A stretch of 64,000 nt of DNA from Octopus vulgaris (Eukaryota), in NCBI GenBank assembly GCA_951406725.2, contig OX597816.1, forward strand, positions 158,534,001 through 158,598,000, written 5' to 3'. The number at the start of each line of letters is the position of its first letter. Position 1 is the stretch's first letter. A program made the position numbers and the translations under genes. The notes beneath the pieces are model-generated. The model did not search any database and was not told the origin of the DNA. It was given only the letters and a program-made list of their open reading frames with translations. This document shows positions 1 through 11,492 of the stretch, piece after piece.

Positions 1-453
1 TGGAAGAAATGGGAAATTGTGAAATGACTCCAGTGGGGATTGAAACCACACTGTGTGTAGAGTAAGATTACTGGAGACTTAGTTCTTGCTGCATGGTATT
101 CACCACCACGACCACAACAAATAATAATAATAATAATAGTAGTAATGTGAAGATAGCGCCAATTTTTGTCAGGTCCTTGGGGATAGTAATAGGAAGCATC
201 AAGAAATGGTAATAATAATAATTTCTACTATAGGCACAAGGCCTGAAATTTTGGGGGAAGGGATTAGTTGATTACATCGACCCCAGTGTTTCATTTTGGG
301 GGAAGGGATTAGTTTGATTATATCGACCCCAGCTCAAAAGTTGAAAATATTCAGGCACTGGATGAATGTGTAATAATGCTGAAGACGATTTCAAATTTTG
401 GCACAGGGCCAGCAAGTTTGGGGAAGTGGGGTAAGTTGATTATTAATATTATT

Positions 454-510
<57 letters not shown>

Positions 511-512
<2 letters not shown>

Positions 513-620
513 GAGCATCACAACAAATCACAGCACATACCCAAGGCACACAAAGCTGCGCTCGGTAGTGAAGTGAAAGCACGCTATAAAAATAAAACTA
601 CTGAATAATAATAATAATAA
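511..620 (+). mobile_element. (AAT)n-embedded retroelement 3' end
   Basis: GAGCATCACAACAAATCACAGCACATACCCAAGG...AAAATAAAACTACTGAATAATAAT; near-identical copy at about 13574-13667. The terminus resembles that of 8420-8907. Confidence 0.75.
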
Positions 621-1091
621 TTATTATTATTATTAAAAAAAAATGTCCTAATGCAATACCAGGCAGTGGTTATCATGGCTTCCCATCTTAACTGATTGGA
701 AGTGTTATCATGTACATTGTTTTGTCTTGGTATAAAACATGGGCTATGCAAATATTTTGCTCAATACCACAGATTTGCTTGTCAGTTGTTTGACCTTAAC
801 CAGTCGAGCATATTCCTTATGAGATTGCCAGATAACTTGAAAGGCATTAAAGAAAAGGGGAAAAGGTAAAAAAAAAAAACAACCCTTTAATTGTAACCAT
901 ACAAAAGCTGAAAGTAGACAACCCTGTACAGGGTGCTTTTTTCTTTTAACAGAGTAAGACTATAGTAGAAAGGGAGGCAGTTTTATGTTCAGGTAAGAGG
1001 GATTAAAGTAAGAGAGAAAAAGCCAACAATTGAAAAGACAAAATTAACTGTAACAATGCGATAACAATTTATAAAATAAGCAAAATTTTAC

Positions 1092-1211
1092 CCGGACTGT
1101 AGAATCTTTAAACTTCATGCTACAATGGTGCAGCAAATAGCGGCTTTGTTTGGCAAGGCAATTTGGCATTTGTGATGTAAGTTTAAATTTTTGATTGTAA
1201 TTATTCAGAAG
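1092..1211 (-). CDS. RhoGEF exon H, start of PH domain: LLNNYNQKFKLTSQMPNCLAKQSRYLLHHCSMKFKDSTVR
   Basis: tattttcag|CTT acceptor, CGG|gtaaaa donor, 120 bp, phase 0/0. LT--MP------R-LL---S-K-KD parallels PLEKHG5 LTAPIPG---TRQLLLEGSLRMKE. The gene continues off the window. Confidence 0.85.
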
Positions 1212-1527
1212 CTGAAAATAAACAATCAGATAGAATTTATATAGATATCATTTAATCATCATCGTTTTAACACCTACTTTTCCATGCTTGCATGGGTCAG
1301 ATAGAGTTTACTAAGGAAGATTTTCTACAGTTGGATGCTCTTCCCGTCACCAACCCTCACTGGTTTCCAATTAAAGTAATATTTCTTCATGGCCAGTATT
1401 AGCTTTGCAAAATACTGCAATTGAATAACACAGTTTGTATGACAGTGACACTAATTTATAACTGTCACACTAAGTCAAGACAAAGGGATACAAACACGTG
1501 TACACACACACATATATATTTACAAAA

Positions 1528-1575
<48 letters not shown>

Positions 1576-2217
1576 CAAAAAAAACAAAAGACAAAGACAG
1601 GTGCGTAAACAACAAACAGGTATATTAGTTTAATGCTTGGGAAGGTGAGAAAATCTTTTACGTTTTGAGCCTATGCTCTTCAACAGAAAGGAACACGAAA
1701 AAATAAACAGATAGAGAATAAAAAAAGCTAGCGGTCAATCATCGCGATGGCCAGACAGAGGTGGTCAGACAAGAAAGCTAGGAAGAAGGGAAGATAAAGT
1801 AGTGGTGATCCCAAAACGGAGGTGCGCATGCGTGTATGTGAGAGCGTGTGTGTGTGTGTGTGCATGTGGATATATATATATATGTATTAATGTTTGTTTT
1901 AATATTCGTATATAATAAAAACAATTTTACATTAATCAGGTGAATTACTCTATACTTTTGTAGAGTACAAATTTATTGTTCCTAAACAAGAATGTTGACA
2001 GTGATTTTGAAGTTTTGGCCAGCTAAGCCATAGCTGGAATGTGATGCATTAGAGTCAGACTTGTCTTTATATAGTATTATCATAAGAGATTTGTTGAGTT
2101 AAAAAATCATCTTTGGGTGTGTGGGTTTGAGTGGGGTGGGAATTGAATTTTTATGGCTGGTTGATATGGAAAGGAGTTTTGGAAAAATTTGAATTGATTA
2201 AATTTGGGGGTGATGTT

Positions 2218-2623
2218 CATCATCATTGTTTAACATCCACTTTCCATGCTAGCAAGGATTGGACGGGTTGACTGAGAACTGGCCAGCCAGGGGCTGCACC
2301 AGGCTCCAATCTGATCTGGCAAGGTTTCTAAAGCTGGATGCCCTTCCTAACACCAGCACCACCGAGAGTGTAGTGGGTGCTTTTTATGTGCTACCATCAT
2401 GGGAGCCTGTCAGGGGGCACTGGCACGGACGACGTTTGGATGGTGCTTTTTATGTGCCACCAGCACAGGAGCCAGTCAGTGGGCACTGGCATCGGCCATG
2501 TACACATGGTGCTTTTTATGTGCCATTGGCATGGAAACCAGTCAGGAGGCACTGGCATCGACCATGTCTGCATGGTGCTTTTAATGTACCACCAGCACGG
2601 GGAGCCAGTCAGGCAGCACTAAC
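2218..2623 (-). mobile_element. Retroposon family C, (GAT)n-tailed, with an internal ~65-bp tandem repeat
   Basis: CATCATTGTTTAACATCC...CCATGCTAGC end and repeated GGTGCTTTTTATGTGCCAC units. Further copies at about 13300-13497, 17908-18120, 18282-18462, 30395-30743, 32480-32790, 46466-46680, 58477-58820 and 63764-63928. Confidence 0.88.
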
Positions 2624-3331
2624 ATAGACCTATGGCACTGATATTGTTTAGAATTTATTCATGCATGTAGAACTAAGTAAACAAGCCTGTAGGTGTTTCT
2701 CTTTTGTGAGGTAGGTACAAGGTGTGACAGAATTTTTGTTGCTTTTGGTATCATTGGATTGAATCCTTTTGCTCTGACAATATAAAAGTCAAACGTATAA
2801 AGTCCAGTATATAGGCTCTTAGCAATTGTATGTGTCAACATTATTTTACAAAAGTAGGTGGTGGGTTTAAGCTGGTCAATTCTTCACTTGCTGCAGTTAC
2901 TATTTAGGGTATTTCTCGTTTTCATTTGTAAAATTTGGGGTTATTAGTCAGGTATGTCATGGATTTGTTAGTATAGGAAGTTGTTTCTCTTGTGCCTTGA
3001 TGTTCACAAAAGTATTTGAGTAAAGGTTGTATGTTTATATGTTTCTCTCTAGATGTTCATTGTTCTATAAACAGTATGATTAGTATACAGGGATGTTAAC
3101 CTGGCTGTTTTGTGGAAGTAGAGTCTGGTGTTTGCTTACAAAATTTTTTCAAATTCTGTTCTAGATATATGCTCTTGGCAGAGATAAACAACATTGTGGG
3201 TCTTTACATATTAAGAAAAATTACATAACAAATTTCCATTTCCTTGCTGCTAAGCTTCACTTGTTTCCAAGCAAAGTGGCTATGCTCCCCTAGTCCTGAC
3301 ATTTTTTCATGGAACTTGCAAACAAATGACA

Positions 3332-3538
3332 CTCTTTTACTCGTTTCAGTCATTTGACTGTGGCCATGCTGGAGCACCACCTTTAGTCGAGCAGATCGAC
3401 CCCAGGACTTATTCTTTGGAAGCCTAGTACTTATTCTATCGGTCTCTTTTGCTGAACTGCTAAGTTACGGAGATGTAAACACACCAGCATCGGTTGTCAA
3501 GCGATGTTGGGGGGACAAACACAGACACACAAACATAT

Positions 3539-3577
<39 letters not shown>

Positions 3578-3741
3578 CACGACGGGCTTCTTTCAGTTTC
3601 TGTCTACCAAATCCACTCACAAGGCTTTGGTCGGCCTGAGGCTATAGTAGAAGACCCTTGCCCAAGGTGCCACACAGTGGGACTGAACCGGGAACCAAGT
3701 GGTTTGTAAGCAAGCTACTTACCACACAGCCACTCCTACAC
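3332..3741 (-). mobile_element. tRNA-derived SINE family B (about 400 bp, internal CA/TA microsatellite)
   Basis: Same sequence recurs at about 35608-35946, 37232-37516, 39767-40142, 41166-41849, 48760-49154 and 59200-59584. Head GGCGCAGGAGTGGCTGTGTGGTAAG...GGTTCAGTCCC has A/B-box spacing. Confidence 0.92.
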
Positions 3742-3990
3742 TGTTTATATGGCAGTGATAGTTGTTTAGAATTAGTTCACAATGCCAAGACAAGAAGGGA
3801 AACAGACAGAAGGCAGAAAGATACAAACACATACGCGACTGATTTTTTTCTATTTGTCTACTAAATCTTCTCACAGAACTTTGGTCAGCCCTGGGGCTAA
3901 AGTACAATATATTTTCCCATGATACTGTGCAATGGGACTCAATCAAAACAATGTGGCTGCAAAGTTCTTAACCAGACAACCATGATTAAA

Positions 3991-4256
3991 CCATGGGGTA
4001 GAAAGGGCTCCTTAGCCGTAGTGAAGGCAATCTATCTAGGGAGATAACCTTATAATAAATCACTCGGTCCGTAGCTTAGAAATACTGGGTTGACGTCCAG
4101 CGGGAACAGCTTTGTTTCATGGAGAAGGAAAGATCTTCTTTAGTACTTGGTTGTACAATGCTTTCCAATGTGTGTAGTAGTGGCGCGCGCACACATTATT
4201 AGCCATTTGAAAAGACTATGAGTCTCGACCACGGTCGAACAATGATGATGATGATG
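3991..4256 (+). mobile_element. Short (GAT)n-tailed retroposon without a tRNA head, probably RTE-dependent
   Basis: Relatively CpG-rich ~265 bp ending in (GAT)6, flanked by atgattaaa at 3982-3990 and 4257-4265 (TSD-like). Confidence 0.6.
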
Positions 4257-4298
4257 ATGATTAAAAAAAGCAATAAAATAAAAATCCTGTTAAATTAC

Positions 4299-4436
4299 CT
4301 TAACACATTCTTCATTGGGAGCTTCACAACCTTCATAAGAGTCAATCCGAGAAGCAATTTCATTTAACTTATCACTTTCTCGTTTTTCACCAACAATGAG
4401 ATTCACATCACTGACAAATTTCTCCACTGTCTGGAT
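4299..4436 (-). CDS. RhoGEF exon G, DH C-terminal helix and linker: IQTVEKFVSDVNLIVGEKRESDKLNEIASRIDSYEGCEAPNEECVK
   Basis: ttactag|ATC acceptor, AAG|gtaatt donor, 138 bp, phase 0/0. VE-F---VN and SRID-YE match the PLEKHG5 family. Not in the ORF track. Confidence 0.93.
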
Positions 4437-4612
4437 CTAGTAATGAAAGTAAAATGTTTATAACAAATAATTATACTATATTAAGGTGGCGAGCTGGTAG
4501 AAGTGAAATGCTTTGCAGTATTTTGTCTGTCTTTACGTTGTGAGTTCAAATTCCACCAAGATCGCTTTACCTTTCTTCTTTTCAGGGTTGATTAAATAAA
4601 TACCAGAATATT

Positions 4613-5275
4613 GGATGAAAGGCAAAGTCAACCTCGGCAGAATTTGAACTCAGAACATAACGGCAGACGAAATACCTATTTCTTTACTACCCACAAGGGT
4701 CTAAACACAGAGGGGACAAACAAGGACAGACAAACGGATTAAGTCAATTATATCGATCCCAGTGCGTAACTGGTACTTAATTTATCAACTCTGAAAGGAT
4801 GAAAGGCAAAGTCAACCTCGGCAGAATTTGAACTCAGAACATAACGGCAGACGAAATACCTATTTCTTTACTACCCACAAGGGTCTAAACACAGAGGGGA
4901 CAAACAAGGACAGACAAACGGATTAAGTCGATTATATCGATCCCAGTGCGTAACTGGTACTTAATTTATCAACCCTGAAAGGATGAAAGGCAAAGTCGAC
5001 CTTGGCGGAATTTGAACTCAGAACATAACGGCAGACGAAATACCTATTTCTTTACTACCCACAAGGGTCTAAACATAGAGGGGACAAACAAGGACAGACA
5101 AACGGATTAAGTCGATTATATCGATCCCAGTGCGTAACTGGTACTTAATTTATCAACCCTGAAAGGATGAAAGGCAAAGTCGACCTCGGCGGAATTTGAA
5201 CTCAGAACATAACAGCAGACGAAATACCACTAAGCATTTCACTCGGCATGCTAACAATTCTGCCAGTTTGCCACC
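4613..5275 (-). mobile_element. Tandem array of tRNA-derived SINE (family A): 184-bp period, three headless units plus one head
   Basis: GGATGAAAGGCAAAGTC recurs at 4613, 4797, 4981 and 5165. A/B-box-like head (GGCRRRCTGGCAGAA...GAGTTCAAATTCC on the minus strand) is present only once, at about 5190-5275. Confidence 0.92.
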
Positions 5276-5688
5276 ATATAATACATATAGTGAATGTGCA
5301 TGGGTTAGTGGTTATGGTGCTTGGCTCATCATCATGAAGTCTGGAGTTCGATTTCTGGCAATGCATTGTGTCCTTAGACAAGACATTTTATTTCATGTTG
5401 CTCAAGTCCATGCAGTTGGCAAAAATACATAGTACTTGTAATTCAAAGGAGCAGCCTTGTCGCATTCTGTGTCACACTGAATCTTCTTGAGAACTACACT
5501 AAGGGTATGCATGTCTGTGGAGTGCTCAGCCACTTGCATGTTAAGTTTGTGAGAAGGCTGTTCTGTTGATCAAATCAACTGGAAACTTCATCATCATAAC
5601 TAACAGACTCCCAGTGTGTGTGTATGTATGTATATATATTTTTATGGTATATTTTTTCTTGTAGCATATCTATAGGAATAATATATGC

Positions 5689-5821
5689 TAGTGGTTCCCA
5701 ATGGTAGTACTAGGGGTCTGTGATCATGTTAAGCTAACAGACCTTTCAATATCCAGGGGTCTATGGGACAACTCATTTAAATAAAAGGAGTCCTTAGTAG
5801 TGAAAAGGCTAGGAATCATTG
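5689..5821. mobile_element. Old hAT-type MITE
   Basis: Degenerate TIR tagtggttccca / taggaatcattg; flanks atatatgc/atatatac. Confidence 0.5.
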
Positions 5822-7074
5822 ATATATACCATTTGCTACCAGTGGTATAACAAGAATTCTCAGCACCCAGAGTAGGTGGGTCAGAAGTTCAAAGATACTA
5901 TAAACACATTTCCACAAGCATTAATTAACAGGTATGATAAGCCAAAGAAAATTTTTCACCCCTTTGCACCTGCATCAAGGAAGTGGGGGAAACGACTCTA
6001 CTCTTGCAATGCTTCTGTTTGCTAATATATTACATACTTTGATACACAATACAATACCAAGTAGCATATACCATCAATCATTTATGACTTGTTCATTGAT
6101 ATTGCATACCCTTATCTATATTAAAATGGGGTGTCAGTGACAAGGAGGTAAATTTATAACAAAAGGCCTCAACATTTTATACAATAAAGTATAAGGAAAA
6201 GAGTGCGATAAAATACAAAAGTGTATGTGTGTGTGTGTGTTAGATGGTTAAAATGTCTACCACAATAAAATGTCTTAGTTTCAATATATGAACTCAAATC
6301 AAAATTCTTGCCAAGTACAATATTTGAACTTTTAGCAGTGTATTACGGTATATTATGTACTGGACACATCAGTTTGGTCATGTAATGTTCTTAATTAGGC
6401 ATTACAACAATAATGGTTTTCTTTCACCAAGTACTAAAAAAAAAAAAAATGGCTCTATATAACCGTTCAAAATACTAGAAATAGCAGCCAAATCTCTCTC
6501 AAACCACATCCTACTGTTTTAAATATGGAAAACATTTCTGATAATGTCGTCCCAGGTACTCCTAAAAAGACTGGATGGTTACAGCTGGAATAACTTATGA
6601 TTTTCTCAAGACCATCTTGGGCTAAAACTATCAACAAGAAGATAGTCTCAAAGAGATTGTTTAACCTGCTAGAAATAGTAGTCAAGTCTTCCTCAATTCA
6701 CATCTACTACCTTAAAATCAGAACACATAGGAGAATATGGTCCTGGAAAGCTATTGATCTTAGTTTTGATTGATCAAAATTGATCTGAGGTTAAATAATA
6801 AAGCAACACCTAAACCTTTTAGAGGTTTGGATATTTTACATCATGATGTCTTTGCTCTTTGAAATAATATGGTAGCAAAAGAGTTAAGAATCATACATAT
6901 GATAGAAGTTGGCTTGACAACAGTAGGACCAATTCTTAATGACCTCTTATGACTTAAGAGAAATACACTATAGGTTTATTTTTATAGCCATTAGGTAGAG
7001 CCTGGGCAAGAACATAACTCTGTTTGTTTCAGGCCACTTGAAACCTAAAACTGGGTTCACAGTAGAGTGCTTAA

Positions 7075-7242
7075 CCCTTTTGCATTTAAACTGGCCAAAA
7101 TATCCTATCTGTTTTATGTTCAAATTGGTCAGATCCAGGCTCTCTTACCTGCCCTGCAATGTTATTGTAAAAATAAATAATCACATCAACGATGTGAATA
7201 ACTAAGCATTACATTTGGTAGAGTAATCTGAATACTGAAGGG
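7075..7242. mobile_element. piggyBac-type MITE (family F), internally deleted
   Basis: TTAA|CCCTTTTGCATT ... AATACTGAAGGG|TTAA; relatives at 9624-10198, about 29355-29570 and 44646-44865. Confidence 0.85.
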
Positions 7243-7276
7243 TTAATATTAAAATGAGCAAATAACAGTATAATAA

Positions 7277-7537
7277 CTGTTGTATCTGGGGAGAGTCATT
7301 TTCTTTTTGTGCCTTATAATGTAATACACTCACCGGTAAAATTTCCACTTATTTCTTATTTTTATTTTCCTAAAATTTTCGTTGTGCCTTGCAATAAGAA
7401 ATAAGTGGAAATTTTACTGGTGAGTGTGTTACATTATAAGGCACAAAAAGAAAATGACTTTCCCCAGACACAATAGAATATTCTTCAACACACGAACTCA
7501 TATAAAGAATCTTGCAAACCAAATCCAAAAACAAAGT
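7277..7537. mobile_element. Palindromic repeat element (84-bp arms at 7277-7360 and 7393-7476, plus a one-sided extension)
   Basis: Arms are reverse complements; a second partial copy lies at 57617-57837. Confidence 0.82.
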
Positions 7538-7863
7538 CTAATAACTTTTCTTAGTAAAATACAAAATAAAGAAATTTGTAGAAGATAAAAGTGAGTGTAA
7601 ATTAGTGTGGATTATGAGAGGTTCCAGACCATTAGTGTCTGCAAAGTTGATGTTGTATTTGTAATAGAAGGAAAAATAAATGGTAAACACTGAAGTGAAA
7701 GACCTAGTTTGATTCCATCAGGGCCTGGACAAAATTATCATATGGCGAATGTGCAAAAATGGCAGATACATGTAAAAAGGGATGTTTAACGGTAAGAAAA
7801 TGATTCAAAGAGCAATTAGAAATACGTTTATTTGAAAATGTGGAGGATAAAATTAAAAGTTAC

Positions 7864-8016
7864 CATTATTTCAAGATCCTCTTTTTGTTTTTCTTCTACT
7901 GACTTCTCTTTGATACGACGCAGCAACAGTGAATATCGTGTCAGGCGTTGCATTGGTGTAATTATAATGTCAATCAATCGTAGCCGTTTGCACAAGTTGG
8001 TGTTGCTTTCAGCCCA
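7864..8016 (-). CDS. RhoGEF exon F, DH CR3: WAESNTNLCKRLRLIDIIITPMQRLTRYSLLLRRIKEKSVEEKQKEDLEIM
   Basis: ttgcag|TGG acceptor, ATG|gtaact donor, 153 bp, phase 0/0. C-RL-L-D-I--P-QRLT(R/K)Y-LLL is the DH signature. Confidence 0.97.
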
Positions 8017-8039
8017 CTGCAATGGACAAATATATCTTT

Positions 8040-8085
<46 letters not shown>

Positions 8086-8419
8086 AAAAGTAACTGCCTT
8101 TTCAAAAGCATGGTCATCTATTGATTGGTCTATAACATTTCTCTCAAAAGTGTTTCTTTCATTTCTGTTGTAATACATTTCATTATCTATTCATCCTCTT
8201 ATTATATTGAAGCTGTTTCAAATCTGCTGACTTTGCTTTATTCCTTTATGGAGCAAATATCCTAAGATCTCACCTTACCAGTTCTTCCCAGGATTATGTA
8301 TGCCACAACACCTTTTGACCAACCAACCAACCAACCAACCAGCCAGCCAGCCAACCAACCAACCTGCCTGCCTGCCTACCTACCCCCCACCCCCCATGCA
8401 TGCATACATACATACTGTT

Positions 8420-8907
8420 AGGATAAAGCTGAAGATCAGTGAAAAAGAAAATACCTATGCTGAAATTTTGAGGAATCTACAGTTATTCTATTCAGATTAC
8501 AAGTTCAAGTTTATACCTGTAATTATTGGGGTACTGGGATATGAAATATACTGCCTAAATACTAATCTTGAGAAATTAGGCTTCTCAAAACCGGAAACTA
8601 AAAAGCTGATTCAAAGACTACAGATCCAATCCATCAGTGGAACTGTAAAAATCTGTAAAGCTTTCTAGAAGTTTATCATTTAAGTATAGATGAGCATGTC
8701 TAGACATGCAACTATGAGCATTTCTAGACATGCAACCATGAGCATGTCTAGATATGCATGAGAAGACATACATAGAGATCTAGTCATATACATACATACA
8801 AAAATACCCTGTTGTTGATGTTGAAATTCCAATGAAGAAGCCTTGGATCTAAGTTAGAAACGGGCTCTTTCTCTATTGGCAAGAAATCTTGAAATAAAAC
8901 TGAATAA
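8420..8907 (+). mobile_element. 5'-truncated RLE-type (R4/Dong-like) non-LTR retrotransposon: ORF C-terminus and 3' UTR
   Basis: Translates as KISEKENTYAEILRNLQLFYSDYKFKFIPVIIGVLG...IQRLQIQSISGTVKICKAF*; ends AAATAAAACTGAATAAT. Confidence 0.78.
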
Positions 8908-9623
8908 TGAGATACATACATAAGTACAAACATTTACACAAACAATATACATGCATTTATAGGGCTATACATATATATTTGTGTTCATGTACACATTTAT
9001 GCGTGTGTGTGTATGTCTGTATATGCATGAATACATGCACATATGCTTTTTTATATATCTGCATGCACACATACATATATATAATTTTGCTTTTTTTTCT
9101 TCTCTCCCTGTCAATTTCTGTTTGTCTGTCTGCCTCTCTTTCTCTCACTTAGTGCCTTTGATGCATAACTAACCAACCTCTTAGCTTTTCGGTTAATGGT
9201 AGAACACAAAGATAATCGTGGAATGTCTTGAAGCATTATTATGTAAGTTTTGGCTCCAGATAATAACTGAAACTCTGAATATTTAGCTTAGCATCGGTAC
9301 CTATTACGGGAATTCTACAAACATATTTCTAGCTTCTGTAATTACACAGAGATTTCAATGTAAACAACAGTAAAAAACACTCAAAAATCAACCTCACCCT
9401 CTCCTTGAAAAACTATAAAGCAAAAGCACTAAAATGGGAAAATATCCTAGTTAGAAAAAAAGAAAAGAAGTGCAATTAGATGTCTATTAAATGATAAGAT
9501 ATTTTAGAAAAGCCTAACAATATTATAAGACAGAACAGCCCAGCAATATTATAAGAAATATCTTAGGATACCAGTCTATGTCCTTTTGACTCGTTTAACT
9601 CTTGCAAAGTGCCAGAAGATTAA

Positions 9624-10198
9624 CTCTTTAGCATTAAAACCGGCCATATCTGGTTCAAATATTCTACCAGTTTTATGTTCAAACCAACCAGATCCAGCCT
9701 CTCAAACCTACCCTACTATGTCATTCTAAAAGTAAACAATCACAATGAAATCTTGAAGCTAGGAGATAATGTATGATTGATTAAAAAAACGTGAACAAGA
9801 GCACTCAAAGAATGCAAACCTCCACCAAGGCAACACCAGCGTCCTCTCAATGATTAGCCAGAGATGATTTTTAAAATGAGAATATCTTAAATAAACTCGA
9901 CTGCTTTTACAAATGAGAATACTAAAAATGAACCTGACCACTCTCAAAAATTAAGTAAAAAAACTGGAAAAATAATCCAGAATCTTTGTCTGGTACTGGA
10001 TCGACCCCAAAATCTAATCAGTTTGGGTCAGTCACGAGGCCAAGCATCCCTGAAAGTTTCATCCAAATCCATCCAGTGGCTCTTGAGATATCTTGTCCAT
10101 GGAAAACAAACATGACTGAAAACAATACCTCTGCCTTCGCTAAGGTGGAGGTAATGAATATGCATTATGTCTGATAGAGGAATTTGAATGCTAAAGGG
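9624..10198. mobile_element. Family F MITE interrupted by a Helentron-type element
   Basis: TTAA|CTCTTTAGCATT ... AATGCTAAAGGG|TTAA with foreign sequence at 9794-10155. Confidence 0.85.
9794..10155 (-). mobile_element. Non-autonomous Helentron/DINE-1-like element
   Basis: On the minus strand: 5' ACCTCCACCTT...AAGGCAGAGGT inverted pair, 3' subterminal CCTTGGTGGAGGT, then a GCATTC...GAGTGC stem-loop and CTTGTT end; no TSD. Copies at 51957-52309 and 40176-40321. Confidence 0.78.
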
Positions 10199-10643
10199 TT
10201 AAGGCAAAGTACCTTCCCTCATTTATACTGGGTGTAGCATTAAACTGCATCTGATAGTGAGGCTCCAGCTTGGGAGTTCTGGAGAGTGTGAAGTCACTCT
10301 TTATTATCATTATTCCTATGTCAGCAGTACTTGTCAGGGTCCTATCTAGCGGTTAAATAAATTTTTGTAAGGGTAAATCGAGGTCTTTAGCTATGGTGAA
10401 AGCGATCAATCTAGAAGGGAAACCCTGAAATGAATACCCTCTTTCAACATGCCCAAAGTCAGCATGGAAAAGTATGGCGGATAAAACTAACATAAAGCAT
10501 CTTATGTTGGAGCCCATTCTGCTGCAGACAGAGACAGCAGGAGCTGAATGATCTTCACTCATATATGTCCAATTCCACTGTCACTGCTGCCACCATCACA
10601 CTACCTCAGTTCTTCTCCAATGGTTTCAATGGTGACAGTCAAT

Positions 10644-11134
10644 TTCTTTATTAACCATGAGGTTGAGAAAAAGAGGGGACGATACGAGGACAGACAAAAC
10701 AAATATTGGGGTCAGGGTATTGAATGAGATGAAACATATGAATAAACAAACAATTAAAATACATACAATTAAATGAGAATGAGTGATTTAAAAATGAAGT
10801 GGAGGACGCGGCTGACCCCACAAACCACAAACTCACACTGAAGACTTTGCTTTCTCTTTTCATATTCTCGTTTAAACAAGTTCTTTCACTTGCAACATAC
10901 TTGCTATAGATTTCCATCTTTTACAAAACACACTTTGTGATAGGCATTTCTTCTTCAGCCTTATTTTCCGTTTCATGTGGAAAATGAAAAAGTCGATTAG
11001 CTCGAGACTGGAGATGAACATGCCTGTTGCAATTCCTTTCACTCTCGTCTTCCATACTACCTCTTACACAACAGCAACTGCCGAGAGAAAACAGGCTCAC
11101 TCCTCCCTATTCAGGGAGGTCAGCGGAATGACAG
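10644..11134 (-). mobile_element. L1/Tx1-like LINE 3' fragment
   Basis: Minus strand reads FLSAVAVV*EVVWKTRVKGIATGMFISSLELIDFFIFHMKRKIRLKKKCLSQSVFCKRWKSIA, like Tx1-clade ORF2 ends, then a 3' UTR ending in AATAAA. Confidence 0.65.
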
Positions 11135-11381
11135 TCAGTGGCTGAAAGGTGCAACATCAAACTCTCTTATTCACCAAAATGTCACATATCAGGAGGTTTC
11201 AAGTAGTGAAAGTGAAGCTAGACTGATGGTGGTGCTCCAGCATGGGCAAGCTCTCAGACTGAAACTAGTAGAAAAAAAACAAACAAAAAAAAAACTCATG
11301 CTAAAAGATATAGAGGGGAACCTCATTGTTGTTTTTGGGTCAAAAGGATGTAAGTAAAAATAGGAAAATCGAAAAACTTAC

Positions 11382-11492
11382 CGCTACAAAATTCTTGAAA
11401 TACTCATTGCTACTATATTGGGTCTTAATATAGTTCTGGCAAAGCATTTGATCAGCGCAGAACCTTTGGTAAGGTTTCATTAATTCTGGGAA
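11382..11492 (-). CDS. RhoGEF exon E: FPELMKPYQRFCADQMLCQNYIKTQYSSNEYFKNFVA
   Basis: tccttcag|TTC acceptor, GCG|gtaagt donor, 111 bp, phase 0/0. Has the KPY--(Y/F)C motif of DH domains. Confidence 0.95.

Noticed and set aside
2259-2627. Recurrent ORFs with LDALPNANH, DGLLSVSVYQIHSQG or PRKDERQSRPRRNL motifs
   Set aside because: Chance translations of SINE families A, B and C, not a protein family.
1575-3230. Possible Penelope-like remnant, with a minimal hammerhead-like motif at about 1655-1690 on the minus strand
   Set aside because: The GAAA box reads AAAA and no convincing RT or GIY-YIG translation can be recovered by eye.
4613-5275. CRISPR-like or tRNA-gene array
   Set aside because: Units are wholly repeated with no unique spacers; the tRNA-like heads here and elsewhere (e.g. 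15627-15690) are SINE parts without a full cloverleaf.
7832-8173. Plus-strand ORFs overlapping exons F and D (7832-8173, 15061-15426)
   Set aside because: Antisense shadows of real exons extended through repeats.
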